A stretch of DNA of 61,190 nucleotides, the filler included, from Sphacelaria rigidula (lineage: Eukaryota): the NCBI GenBank assembly GCA_964200075.2. It is 9 parts of 9 records of this genome, joined end to end, with 100 filler letters (N's around TTAATTAATTAA, not from the genome) between each part and the next. Parts side by side here need not be neighbours in the genome. Positions count along the whole stretch, not along the records: positions 6,812 to 13,522 come from CAXNAA020018472.1; positions 13,623 to 20,332 come from CAXNAA020018473.1; positions 20,433 to 27,142 come from CAXNAA020018474.1; 6 more parts are not named here. One strand, given 5' to 3'. Each line of letters begins with the position of its first letter. Within the stretch, counting starts at the first letter, position 1. The notes beneath the pieces are model-generated. The model ran no database searches. It worked only from the letters and a program-made list of their open reading frames with translations, and was not told the DNA's origin. This document shows, one piece after another, positions 12,804 through 25,552 of the stretch. A program made the translations under genes and the position numbers.

Positions 12804-13469
12804 ATTATCATAGACAATACAGTATTGTACACCGAACGCTTTACATCAGTACAGTACAGTACAGGCGCCCAAGGTACGGCACCAGCAGGGGTGTCGCAGC
12901 AACAGACAGCGCGTTGTTCGTCTTACCGAAGACGAAACAGTCAACTCACCCATGAAGCTTTCAAAAGTGTGCAGACAGCACTGCGTACCGACTGACATTG
13001 TTTTCTGGAGAGACGAACACAACGACGTCAATATCGCAGCTCATGCAATCCAAACCGTCTTCGCAATGCCTGAACACACCACAACAGAACAGACAGTGGA
13101 AGCCCCAACACATGAGAGAGGTTTGAGTGTTTTGCTGCGGTACAGTAGTGAAACAGGAGGATGTGCCCCACGTTTTAGTCTATCGTCTGATCGTGGACAG
13201 GTAGTCAATTTCGGACCAGTGCCGAGTTTGAACACTTTGCCATAGTCGCGCTTCTGTCAATTCACTTTGAGTTACCCTGGGGAGGTTTGGCTCGTGATGC
13301 GGGCTTCGCCTGCTAAATTAATCAAGCAGATTCTGTCCCGGTACATCTCCGATTTGGGGCAAACCTGATACATCTGCGACACTCCTGCTGATATCGTGCC
13401 TTGGGCACCTGTACTGTACCGTACTGATGTATTGTGTTCGGTGTACAACACTCTGTTATCTACGATAAT
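12804..13469. mobile_element. Non-autonomous TIR element (about 75-bp inverted repeats)
   Basis: 12804-12878 is the reverse complement of 13395-13469. The interior (12960-13085) matches repeats at 42575-42715 and 44000-44135. Confidence 0.75.
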
Positions 13470-14018
13470 ACTGTACTAGTGGTAAGCCACGGCTGACGCG
13501 CGTGGCAGCACCGCCGGTGCTANNNNNNNNNNNNNNNNNNNNNNNNNNNNNNNNNNNNNNNNNNNNTTAATTAATTAANNNNNNNNNNNNNNNNNNNNNN
13601 NNNNNNNNNNNNNNNNNNNNNNGTCTGTCCTTTTCTGACCGGCGCGGGGCGGCATACCGCCCGCGCGCCTTTGCGGTGCGTGGCGGGGGGGGGGGGCGTT
13701 CCCGGCTCTACTACCAGCGCACATATCGCCCAGTATACCCTTTCCACATGCTCCCTTGCCCATGGATTTTCGGGATACCTTGCGTTCAGACTTGGGGTGG
13801 GATTGGTCTTGCACGTTCTCCGCAAAAGCAAAACTGTGCGCCAACCATGGGGGCTCGCGACGGTGGTGGGGATGGTGCACATGCACGTACCTTCCTACAA
13901 AAATGGGTATCCTGACCAACGACACGAGAACGATCCATACGCTGCGCGGCGATTTCAAACGAGAAAAAAACCCATGCCAAACACAAGATTGTACAATCAC
14001 TTGGCATAAGAACGTCAC

Positions 14019-14204
14019 CGGAACCGAGAAGGTCCTCGTGAAAATCTCCCACAGTAAGATGCCGTAGCTGAAGACGTCCACCTTCTCCGTGTAGTGCTGG
14101 CTGATGGTCATCTCCGGTGCCATCCAGTGCTGCGTTCCCACTCGCTCAGTGATCTTCTCCGACCCTGATATGGGCTTGAAACACGACAGCCCGAAGCCAC
14201 TCAC
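14019..14204 (-). CDS. Raf/TKL-like kinase, exon with subdomains VII-IX (DFG reads GFG)
   Basis: cag acceptor, phase 0; VSGFGLSCFK...GTQHWMAPE...YTEKVDVFSYGILLWEIFTR. The 3' donor position (gtgacg) is less certain. Confidence 0.85.
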
Positions 14205-14539
14205 CTGGGTCATAAAACATGCATCATGCACGGAGAAAAGAAGTGGCCAGTCCGATTTGCACACACGTCCTCTCGCACACGTTTTTTGCATTTGGCGTAC
14301 GTGGGGGCGCGACCATTGTCAAACAGTGAGGACAAACATCTGTAGTATTTTCGAGTGAACGTTTCTGCTTGCAGCAACTCCGACACCTCGAAAGTGACTT
14401 TTTCGTGCGCAAAATATAATTACCCGAACGTCTCCCCACCCTCCCTCTCACCGGACCCCCGATGGAGTTGGCTTCGCTTGGCGATGACCCTGTAAAACAT
14501 GCCACTCACTGCGGAAGCTAGGCAACCAGGTTACCGGTT

Positions 14540-16015
14540 TTTGTTTGCGCCCTTGCATTTTTTTTTTGCGGTAACCATGATGGTGTTCGAGCTAGATCAT
14601 GTTGTGCGGCGTGGGAGAACCTCAACTCCGCACAATGGGGATATCGTACTACGTAGTGTTTACATGGTGAGACACCCATGAGGCAGTGTATGAGCCATGG
14701 CTGTTTCTGGAAGTGGCGATACCAGAAAATGAAGCAACTCATCGTAGGTTGCCATCCGAATGCAAGATAATCAGTGGGGTTCAGGCCGAACAATCTTGGC
14801 AGGATTAGGATCACCCTTCACGCGACTCGCCGAACACATCACGATGCTTGGTGCTTTGTGATTGAGTGTGAGCCTGGTCCGGCGAAAATCCGGCGTGCTC
14901 CGTCCCGGCTTTGGTAGGGATGCGAGGTCAGTGGTCTTATGACTATGGCATGTAAGATCATGTGTACACCCCCCCTCCCTTTCACCGCGTAAGCTCGGCA
15001 ACCACCTTGCCGTTCATCGCTTCCGTTTTTTTTTGCGGTAACCATGATGGTAGACCAGTGAGATCATATCGTTTGGGTCGAAAAAACCCAAGTCCACGCA
15101 AAGGGGATGATCATACTACGCAGTGTCCAAATGGTGGGACATCCATGAGGCAGTGTAACCCGTGGCTGTCTCTGGAGGTGGCGATACCAGAAGATGAGGC
15201 AATCCATTCGAGGCTATCGTCCATATGCAAGATATCTGGCACGCTCCCGGCCAAAACATTTTAGGAGGATGCGGGTCACCCCTGATGCGACTCGCCGAAC
15301 ACATCACGGCACTTCGCGCTCGGTGATTGATTGCGAGCCTGGCCCGGTGAAATTCTGGCGTGCCCGATGGTGCGCATGGTGCAGCATGATATCGAGAAAG
15401 GCCCGGAGAGGAGTGGACGAAATGCCTCTGGGGGTGCAAGGTCCAGGGAAGAGGATGGGCTTCGAAACAACCTGGGAGTTTCTACCGAGTTGAGGGTGGT
15501 GATCATGTCTTTCCCGTTCAGCCATCTCCAGAACACGGGGTCGTTCTCGTCCGAACGGGGGAACGGTATGCTACTCCGCAAAGTCTTGATCTCGCCCTCA
15601 CATTTCTTCACGATCCGGTCTTCTCGTTGTTTGGAAAGCCGTGATGCGTAGCTCGGGGTCTCGTCCCGGTGCTCATTCCCTAAATGCCGATTCGGGAAGG
15701 TCAGCGGGACCTTCCGCCTTGTTACCCAACGCCCGGGACTCATCGTTCATCTTCAACCTTCCCCAGGAGGTGATGAGATCATCCTCGGGGTCGAGTTCAG
15801 GGGCAGGGACACGGGGTTTCGACACAGTCACCCTCTCATGCTTCTTCGCAGGCGGCTCGTCGCTGTCCGTCTCGGAAGCTTTCCGAATCGTCTGCGCTTC
15901 CTTGGGCTTGGTCGTCGGTGTCGACGAGCTCGCCATCATCACTTGCATCTCCGTCCCGGCTTTACAGGGATGCGAGGTCAATAGTCTAATGACTACGGCA
16001 TGCAAAACCATGAGC
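14540..16015. mobile_element. Two tandem diverged copies of an interspersed repeat in the kinase intron; the second carries a 586-bp insert
   Basis: 14540-14965 aligns to 15025-15363 plus 15950-16015. The same family occurs at 57040-57110 and 57580-57815. Confidence 0.75.
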
Positions 16016-17838
16016 ACCCCCCTCCCCCCCTCGCTCCCCCCCTCCTCCAATCGTACGATCACTGTGATAGCAAATCGGACAACTGATGTACTGTAGTACG
16101 GGCGAGAGTGCTGAAAGCAACCCAACTAACCTCAGCATTCGAGGAGCAACAAGACACTACATTGTGGGAGTAGCAGCAGCAGCAGCAGCAGTACTACGAC
16201 AGTCGTGCAAAAGGATGATACCTACGCGTTCGTTACGGGGATTGAACGACAGTCGTGTCGAGACGAATCCATTAATTGGCACACCAGTTTGTATTTGGGG
16301 TGAACACACTTTCAGTCCCAACCACAGCCAAAGGCGAGGGAGGCAGGCGGGTGAAGAAGAAGCGCGTCAAGGGGAGGGAGAGATGGGAGGCGTGGAGTAC
16401 CGTCTTGAAAACGCTTGGTATCCTCACCGGGTACATGGACACCAGGGCAAAAGATAGGCAGCTTAGTCAAGAGATGAAATATCTATCTGGAATCCCTCGA
16501 GCTACGTGAAACGCACTAAATTTGTTGTGCATACTGTATCTACTATAGTAGTCAGCATCAGAAGTTTTCAGAATTCGTAGTTGTTGTAGATCTTGAGGTT
16601 TTTTCGGGTATTGTTCTTTATTACTACTTGGAAGTGCTAGCGCCGGTAAATTTAGGGGAAAGCGTAGGCCGCGCTCAAGCTGCAGTGTCAAAGTTGGTGT
16701 TTTTGGGGCGATACGGACTAGATACCCCGTTTATTAGGGGGGTTTTATTGATTATTTTTGGCCCAATAGAAACACTTTTCCGGCTCTTTTGCACCGAAAC
16801 GGTAAATATTCAGATAAATGAATACGTATACAATTCTTCACAATGATGGTCGACATCATGTTTCCCTCCCATACTGCACAGACCTCAGTCAAGCATTTTC
16901 CGCGGATGGCCTCTTTTCGGGTATTTTTCGCATAACATTTTCCATGAGCACTCCAAAGTGCTGGCGTCGATGGTTTCGGCAAAATAAGCAGACCGTGCTC
17001 AAATCACGATGCCCAAGTTGGTGTTGTGGGGGCGATACGGAGTAAAGATCCCGTTCATCAGGAGTGTGTTACTGGCCGTGAATGGTCCAAGAAACATAGT
17101 TTTCCGGCTTTAGCGCAATGAATAGATGGAACTAAAAAAAAAATACGAGTCTTCAATTATATGATCGGGGTCGAGTCGGTCCACCGAAAATACCGAAAAG
17201 CTGGAACCTGGGGTTAAACTTTCGCAGGACCCCCGAAGATCGGTCAAGCCCGTAAGTCACTCAATATTGATCGCCGATAATTTTTTTCTCAATATTTGCC
17301 AAGAGGATAAACATTTCTCCAGACGCCCATTTTTTGGCATCCAACCGTCACTGTGATGAGCGGTGGCAAGCGAAGCACATTTGGAAAATCTTCGAGAAAC
17401 TAAGAAATTACAAATTCTGCATACTTCTGACGCTGACTACTGTATACATGACTCGGAGAGGTCAGCAATCATCGATTTTAAGGTTATCCGACAGCAAACA
17501 AAACGAACATCAACTCTTAATCGACAAATATCCTTAGATGAGCGAATAATCGCACCGAAATGTTTTGTCGAGGGGTACACGTTTTAAAAATATGATGAGA
17601 TCATCTCTGGTTGATTTTTTGATGACCAAACATCTACATTAGAAGAGTACAATGCCCGCACATATAAAACGTATACGTTGACATGAGGGTACGGGAATAT
17701 AGAGGTGTGTGTATTCGGCAGCCAAATAAGCGAAACGCGTGAACCATGAAGAGACGGTGACAATTGAGCAGTCGACAACTCGGCTCCTTGACTCATCATG
17801 AAAAAAAAAAAGCGAACACAGTTATTTCCCTCAAATAC

Positions 17839-17983
17839 CTTGGTGACCCAGTTATGGTCGATGAGGACGTTGCAGCTCCTCAAATCACGATGGATAATGG
17901 CCGGGTCCTGGCAGTGAAGGTACTGCATACCTGTGGCCACGTGGAGCATCATCTGCCTCTTCATCTTCCATGAAAGATCTACA
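17839..17983 (-). CDS. Raf/TKL-like kinase, exon with subdomains VIa-VIb
   Basis: cag acceptor matches phase 2; VDLSWKMKRQMMLHVATGMQYLHCQDPAIIHRDLRSCNVLIDHNWVTK; gtattt donor, phase 0. Confidence 0.9.
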
Positions 17984-18239
17984 CTGGATGATCATCAATC
18001 CAACAAAAAACATCAACCGCCAAGCAAGGATGTAGCGCCGCAGCGAGGGGTGTGGAGGGAGGAAAATCATTTTTTAGCACGACAAAGAAGGGAAAAAAAG
18101 GTAAACCAATCCAAGTACATCGTCCATAGTCCGAAGCCTAGGTTGTAGAGTAACTGTGGTTGCAAAACAAAAAGGGCTTCGAAAAAGCGGCCATCACAAC
18201 GCCATCATTAAACACCGCAGAACCACAAACACCAACCAT

Positions 18240-18242
18240 CGC

Positions 18243-18284
<42 letters not shown>

Positions 18285-18700
18285 AACCACAGTAACAACA
18301 ACCACAACAGCAACAACAACCACAACATGCGTCCATCAAGATATGCACGATAAAAGCAACAACAGCTACAACAACATGTGCCCATCAAGGAAGCACAAAA
18401 CAAACAATAGTCGCCAACACGCCATACAAGCACCGACACAAGCAGGAAGTACAGCAATAATATAACAAACACAAAGCTACCCTTGGGTGCAATCTATTTT
18501 CTCACCACGCCTGGACGCACAGCGGACCACCCTTCGTGAGACCGACCGATTACTCAATCACGCAATCAACCAACCAACCAACCAATCACCCAGCCCATCA
18601 ACCAACTAATCAACCAACCAACCAACCAACCAGCCCATCAACCAACTAATCAACCAACCAACCTACTAACCGATCAACCAATCAACCCACCCACCAAGTA
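18240..18700. repeat. (AAC)n and (AACC)n microsatellites in a kinase intron
   Basis: (AAC)n at about 18242-18327; (AACC)n-like at about 18567-18696. Confidence 0.9.
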
Positions 18701-18795
18701 TCATGCCGAATTCATTCATCAATGGGCCCGGCAAAGGGGCGCGCGCTTTCAATACACGCGGTACATACATACGCTACGCAACATAAGCATCACAC

Positions 18796-18995
18796 CTTTG
18801 GTCATCAACAAGAGCCGCGAGGTTCCCTCGACTGCAGTATTCCATCACGTACGTCACCGGGTGAGTCGTCACCCCAACCAGGGCGATGATGTTCCGGTGC
18901 TTCAGCCGGGACAACAGTGCGAGCTCCGCCTTAAAGTCCTGGAGGGTCTTCTCCTTTGGCCCGCCGCCGCCATCCACCAGCTTTTTCACGGCCAC
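18796..18995 (-). CDS. Raf/TKL-like protein kinase, exon with subdomains II-V
   Basis: VAVKKL...QDFKAELALLSRLKHRNIIALVG...VMEYCSRGNL; aag acceptor, gtgtga donor, ends in phase 2. Confidence 0.9.
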
Positions 18996-19416
18996 CTTCT
19001 TTGCACGAAAATAGAATACATGCCAATCTCCGAATGCGTTGGTATTATGCGATCGGATGGGTTTTGGGAATATCTATATATCTTATCCATATATGTGTGT
19101 ATGTGTACAACAACACAAAACGTATGGCAAGCATAGCACAGGGCAGAAAAGAGGAAGGAGGCGATGAACGTAAGAAAAGAGGCCGCTGAGCCCAGACATG
19201 ACATTATTGGACTTCCTCTTCCAGTGCGAAAAAATGCGGTTTCGTGTGCTCGTGGACCAATATTCCACCTCTGGATAAATAATGGACGGCACAATATACT
19301 TCTCGAAGAGGTGAAAAGTGCGAAAGGGCTGGTTATCTGTTTCTGTCACACTTCGAACCCCTCTCCTTCCTCGGGACCAGTCCGTGGTCTCGAGGAATCA
19401 ACCCATCTCTCCCAGT

Positions 19417-19495
19417 CAGTGCTCCGTCTCGAAAGGGATGCATGGTCGATGGTCAAACGACTAAGGCAAGCGACGAATGAGTACGCCCCCCCGTA
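19417..19495 (+). mobile_element. 5'-truncated LINE 3' end
   Basis: GTGCTCCGTCTCGAAAGGGATG...GAGTACGCCCCCCC. The same family occurs at 23380-23475 (-), 26600-26780 (+), 27650-28020 (-) and 60895-61190 (-). Confidence 0.8.
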
Positions 19496-19507
19496 CACAC
19501 CGTGCAT

Positions 19508-19740
19508 TTTGGTCTCACGGATTGGATCATGACCGGCACTACCGCACCGCATCCACTCTCGTCGAACAAACTCGGTAAAACAGGCCCTTTTTGCTACTCA
19601 GGTCCTGACGCTTTCGACGGTGGAAATCAGATTCTTCGGGAAAAAAAGAAGAAAAACACCACGGTGTTGGAAATCGAATCCACCCATCTCTCCACCGTGA
19701 TGGTGACCGTCGGATCATTTTAATTCACACCATCGGGGCG
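19508..19740 (-). mobile_element. tRNA-derived SINE-like element
   Basis: Minus strand reads GCCCCGATGGTGTGA (A-box-like) ... GGATTCGATTTCC (B-box-like), T-tract, TCTGATTTCC, tail GAGACCA; same layout as 27354-27620. Confidence 0.6.
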
Positions 19741-20543
19741 CGGCCGCCATTCGCCGGCCAAAATCATGATTTTTCATCCCGGGCGTATCGAGGGTACAAG
19801 TGTATTCATTACCCGAGGCGGTCAGACACCCAAGTTCCATTTTCTTTACGTGGACAAGGCCCCGCATCACCATGATATACCTCCCGCACTGCTACAACCA
19901 TCCCCGTATGGTAGTCAATCCATCTGGACGAAATCTGCCTAATGACAGCTTTCGAGGGGGAACAAAAACTAGTTCGGGTATATTCTTGCGGTATTCTGAC
20001 TAGGCCTAGGGGGCACAGGAGTTCGTATATCATGAAAACCTGGACGTTGACACATGGGCGTCAGGATTCCGATACGAGCATGCCTTCGGCCTTTGAAACA
20101 CGCACAGTCCTACGAGCTGGGCCAGCTGACGGTGAATTTTGAGTGTTTCTGGGCCCGGCTGTGGGAAATTCGAGGACTTAGGCGCTGAAATTTTGATACG
20201 ACATTTTTTTCATCATCGACACGCGCAACATTTCTCCGGATGCCAAGGAAAAAAAAAAAAAAAAGTTGGAGCAAAAAAAATTTCAGCAAAAACTCGATAA
20301 AAAAAGCGTAAATTCGCGGCCCCGGAGCAAAANNNNNNNNNNNNNNNNNNNNNNNNNNNNNNNNNNNNNNNNNNNNTTAATTAATTAANNNNNNNNNNNN
20401 NNNNNNNNNNNNNNNNNNNNNNNNNNNNNNNNCATCTACTCTCAATCTCACGAAAACACTGTTAAATAGCCCTCGCACAAGTAGCTCTACAGTATGAAAC
20501 ACGATGTCTTTTTTTTATCTACACAGACAAGCCTGATCCTCAC

Positions 20544-21044
20544 CCGACTGTTACTGCCGCCACCCATGATCGGAACAGCGTCCAGCAGGTGCGGCGCGTC
20601 AGCCCCATTGACCTGAGGCTGAAAGCCAACGTCTTGGGTAATGTCGCCTCCGTTCATGCCCGACACAGCTGCCAGTCGGGTAGCAGCCGCTAAGGACGAA
20701 TCATCCCTGCCGACATGATGCCTATATCTTCTGACATGGTGTCGCCCATCTTCACCAGGACATGCAAGAGTTATCGCCGGCGATGGTGAAAACAGCGGTG
20801 ACCTAGTACTGCTGCTGCTCATGCCCCTCCTGCTGCTGGTTGAACAGTGTTGTGGTGACAACAGGGGGGTGTTAACCACGAAAGCCTCGGCTCCCGGCAG
20901 TAGCTTCAGCTGTGGCAACAGCGCCGGCTGCGATACAAAGTGGAAGCAATACGATGCCGCCAATGACTTCAACAAAGTAGACATATATGCAGGTCTTCGG
21001 CGATTGGCACCATTAATCTTGGCCCTGCTGCTAGAACTATCCAT
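20544..21044 (-). CDS. First exon of a probable plastid-targeted protein (bipartite signal plus transit peptide)
   Basis: ATG at 21044; hydrophobic stretch, AEA-FVV (ASAFAP-type) site, S/R-rich transit-like segment; cgg|gtgagg donor at 20543. Confidence 0.75.
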
Positions 21045-22887
21045 CGTGAACAGTTGGTTGGCGACGGGTGAAGTTGTTCTGTTAATCGTCCGGTGATTGT
21101 TTTGCTGACTTTACAGTGTGGTACTGTACTCGGTATATACCTCCCTGTACTGTCGCAAGTTTTCCTCTGGCATTACGTTTGCTACTACGTACGCAGTATT
21201 CTAAGACGTCCAACCCAAGGGGTTGTTACCGCGTATGTATGTCACACAGTGAGCAAAACAAAGCCACGTCCGGCGTCTCGATCCCACCGGAATCCCGCCG
21301 ACCTGGCCTGCCACACGGAATGATCTCTTGACCTCTCCTGCACATCTTTTCTTCACTCATGACCGTTGTTCAGACCTACGGTTGAGGGACAGAAGATCCT
21401 CGAGTAAAAAACAGTGCATCGTTGAATAATGGTTTTGTTGACGCAAGCCTTTCTTCAGTAGCTACGTGCATAGTTTTTACATTTACGCTAGAGGGAAGAT
21501 GATGAACACAGCCCATACATGCACAGGGACAGTGCGTCAAGGAGTAAAACTAAATAATGACAAGAAAATACGATATACTTCGAAACAAAAAATGGCTCGA
21601 GTACTCACGATCTGGCGGGACGCACTCTCACCTGCCGCCTGCGTGGATATCAGTTGGGAGGATACCATCTCACCGTGGCTATCCTATCATTCATGGGCCT
21701 CTACCACGGCGCCGCCCGTGGGGGTGTATCGTTTTTGGGAGGGTGAGTCGCGGGTTTGGTGCATGGGTTGTGTAAGAGTGGCGCTGTCGAGTGGATCCAA
21801 ACTCTCCAGTGGCAACAAAGATAATCTAAACTGTCCGTTGTGAGGGCAAAGACACCGTACAGTACACCGTCCAACTTTTGACGGAGGAGGGGAGAGGGGG
21901 TTCACCCCGCTCTCGGGGAGAAGGAGGTTGCATTCATTGTAAGAAGAGGTCAAAATATAAGCTAGGCTGAGCTCCGGCGTGCTCTCTGGGGCTCGTCCAT
22001 TGTCTGTGAGTGGGTTGCGGCGATCGAAGGTGTTCCCATCAGTCAAAATCGATATTTTTTCTGCTGCCGTCGAAGAGGGCGCGTGTCACGACACATAGAC
22101 CATGCAACACAGTAGTGTCCTTCTTTCTCTCCAGTGATGAGGGGGGTTTAGAGTGTTGGATTTGGACTGCGTACCCGTTGAAACAATTAGAGGACGGCGC
22201 ATTTGCTTCTCGGTGGTATAAGTTGCATGCAGTGTGTTGTGTGAAGCGGCGCCGTCTCTATCCGTCGCCAGCTGCACGCCGACGTCAAAAAGAAAAAACT
22301 GTCAGAACTATACTGTTTTGAGAGTACAGCTCAGATCCAACCCCCCATTCCTCAAGAGTCCTCGAGTATAGCGCCCACGAGAGGGCGGGAAAATGCCGCC
22401 TCGTCATACAAGCTCAGACAGTGAAAATAGGGTGCTAGAGCGTAGCTCAGCGTGCATGTTTGGCTTGTTGTCCCAGGATTGAGGAGAGAAACGAAGTCAG
22501 TGATGCAACGTTGCAAAGAAGCGCATATCAACCGCTACGATGTGCGACTGCCCAACCAGCGTAAACCCCCATTTCGGACTTGTATAATGAATATCCGAAA
22601 TGCGTGGTGTTGTACAGGGCAATTCCAACTTTTCGGCCCTTCCTTTGTCCCAGGCGTACATGTACAGTACATGCGGTGTGCGGTGCTGTGTTTTACTGCA
22701 CTGTTGTACGGTCCGCAACTTCAACCAACCATGCCATCCGTTCGCCAGTTAGTAGTGTGGTTGTTTCAGAGGAGTTTGCATTGATTTGTCGCACTTTGTA
22801 CCATCGCCGTCGCCTTCAACGAAGCAATAGTAGTGCGCCAATGCTGTCTGCCCTTTCGCGAGGATCGAAGACACACAGCTTTTTTGC

Positions 22888-22927
<40 letters not shown>

Positions 22928-23771
22928 ACCCCCCGCCAAACTCCCACCCCCCCCCACCACACCCCGCCCAGCGCACCAAAAAACAAAATCACANNNNNNN
23001 NNNCAAACGAATACTGGTGCAGCCATCCCCTTGCCCCCTCCCCCCCGGCCGAACAAAACCCCCCCTTTTTTCCTCCCCCCCCCCCCCCCCCCCCCTCCCC
23101 ATCGCCCCGGACAGCCTGTAAATACTCGACCTCCCTCGGTAACCCGCCCGCAGGCAGTACAGAACATCGACTTCAAATGGGCGTGGTCTTACCCGCGTCC
23201 TTGTCTTGTTACTGTTACTATATTACACAGACGCGGCCCGCTGTTGAGAACCACACACCTATTCGACGGACAACGAACTAACCCGCGATGTTTGTGTATT
23301 ATTTACTAAAAACTGGCCTTAACAAGAAACGGGGCTTCCTTAAAAGCCGCTCGCAAATTCTGCTGTACTGAAAACCCAGGGGAGGAGGGGGGGGCGTACT
23401 CATTTCTTGTTCGCCTTAGTCGTCTGACCATTGACCACGCATCCCTTTCGAGACGGAGCACCGTTCCTACTCCTAAAGGGGGGGGGGGGGTAATACTTGA
23501 GCGCCTCCATCATGATGAACGATTGCATAACCCTCATCGAGAAACAATTAGTCATTATTCATACATGACAAATACACGCCGAAACCTTCGAGCTGAAAAG
23601 AAAATACTATAATCAGTACAGCTATGTGATGAAAAAGTTTCGTAGCATTTTTGCCTATGACGACTGTTTCAAAGTCACTGTGTTTCACGTGAAAACGCAT
23701 CATGACGTTCTATGTTCTCACGCCACCCTACTTCATCCTTCTCATGTCGCATACTCTGCCGCGCATCCCAG

Positions 23772-24501
23772 CATCCTCGATGTCGACAACGGGTCGGACG
23801 AGGAGTCGATAGCACCACCCCCGCCACCGCCTCCGCCGGCGCCGCCTCGCGAGATTTCTCCGCTGGGGCCAACCCTTTCGCCCACGACCCCCAGCAAAGC
23901 CTCCCTGAAAAAGAAAGCCGCGCGTCAGCGCAATAAGAACAAGAAAAAGCAGCAGTCTAGCCACAACAACAACAACAACAGCAGCAGCAGCAGTAGCAGC
24001 AACATCAGCAACAATGACGGGAACAACACTCAACTCACGAGCATCAACGACGATAGCATCGGCATCGGTACAGATGGGCACACCCGCATGGATGATGACG
24101 AGGACAGGGGCGACAACAACAACAACAGTCGCAGCAACAACGATAGAGATGACGATGAGCAGCCTCGCGGTGACCACAACGTGGATACCACGAACGTGGC
24201 ACCTCCTGCATCAAGCACTTCGGCGCCATCACCCCCCGGCCCACCGCCGTCATCATCGCCGACCGCAGCTGCTACCGGCCGCGACGAACACGACACCAAG
24301 CCCTCGGGCCCGGCCACAGCAGGTGAACGAAGCTCTGGTGCAGCGAAATTATCTGAGGGGAAATCAAATGCGGGACAGTGCGTGGCCAAGTTTTCTCCAG
24401 CAGCGAGTGACGAACAGAAGAAACTCAGGCTTGAAACGGCCGAGGATATGGAGCTGCTGCAATATGTGGGCATGGGGGAAGTCCTCGATGACGAAAACAA
24501 G
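23772..24501 (+). CDS. Large low-complexity internal exon of an uncharacterised protein
   Basis: Lies within a 312-codon ORF; cccag acceptor at 23771; P/N/S/D-rich with basic KKKAARQRNKNKKK; aag|gtggtg donor, phase 0. Confidence 0.75.
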
Positions 24502-24895
24502 GTGGTGGTGGAAGAAAAAATAGCACAGGCTGTTTCGTTTTTTTCGGGGCAAGACTCTCGTTGAGTCTAACTTTTGTGGACACAAAATCAGTCATACAAA
24601 ATGGGTGCAGATCTTTTTCACACAATGTGGCAGACCTTAAGTGCATATGTTGTCCTGTTTCTGATGCCACTACTTCATTTTTTATCGGCGCATGAGAGTC
24701 GACCTTAGAGTTGGGGGCTTACACACGGGGGATTTCTGTCCATCGACTGCGTCCAGATGTCGGGGTCGCGCTCTGCCTCGTACTTACTTGCTGGTGTAAT
24801 ATTGTCCACGTGTTCAAGTGGCCTCCAATGGGATCAGAGTTAGCGCGCGCCCACCCGCACACAACGTCCTTCTCCCGTCGAACGTGGGATTGCAG

Positions 24896-24945
24896 ACGCG
24901 GAACGATGCTATGCAGAGAACGTTCCTGGTGGTGTGTAGAAGGGG
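24896..24945 (+). CDS. Short exon of the same gene (TRNDAMQRTFLVVCRRG)
   Basis: ttgcag acceptor and gtacgc donor; phase 0 in and phase 2 out, which bridges the flanking exons. Confidence 0.6.
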
Positions 24946-25289
24946 GTACGCGCAGCAAGCGGAAGCCGTGAAGACTGTCATCGAACAAATGTAAGACGTA
25001 CATGAGATCGCAATATGTATCGCAGTAGTGCGGATGCCACGATAGGGGTGCACGAAAAAACACACACACACACACACTAACATTTTTCGGAGTGCTCTAT
25101 CTTATCCAAAACTTCGATGGATATAGATTGCGAAAATACCGTACGACTAGTAACCAAACGCGCTAGGGATATCCCGACGTTAATTTCGAAACGGACGCGC
25201 TCTGGCTAACGCTCGTCGTGGCTCCGAAGTCTAGGGCAGACACACAGGCAGTGATTTTTCGTTTTTTTCTTGGGAAATTTATGAATGCC

Positions 25290-25552
25290 CGGAGTGATGC
25301 TACGGTAGGGGTGCACAGATCTTTTCTGAGGTTGAAGTTTTTAGAAGCCCTTTATCTGATCCAAAACACGACTTATGGAAAAATGTGAGAGTATACGCCA
25401 GGATTACTGTTCCAATGTGCTGGGAATATCCCGAATGGGTTTGCGAACGGGGATGTCCTGACCCGTATTCTTGTGCACTAGAATCTTCAGGAGCCCCTGA
25501 ACCAGACAAGATTTCGCGCAAAAAGCGCACCCCTACCGTAGCATTGATTCCC
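25290..25552. mobile_element. MITE, possibly PIF/Harbinger-like
   Basis: Perfect 18-bp inverted repeat ATGCTACGGTAGGGGTGC (25297-25314 and 25527-25544), extending imperfectly outward. The same terminus occurs at about 40913-40936. Confidence 0.75.

Noticed and set aside
18138..18472. Poly-T/N/V/L ORFs
   Set aside because: Translations of the (AAC)n microsatellite inside a kinase intron.
22580..23309. Proline/glycine-rich ORFs
   Set aside because: They arise from poly-C runs around a 10-N gap and are low-quality sequence.
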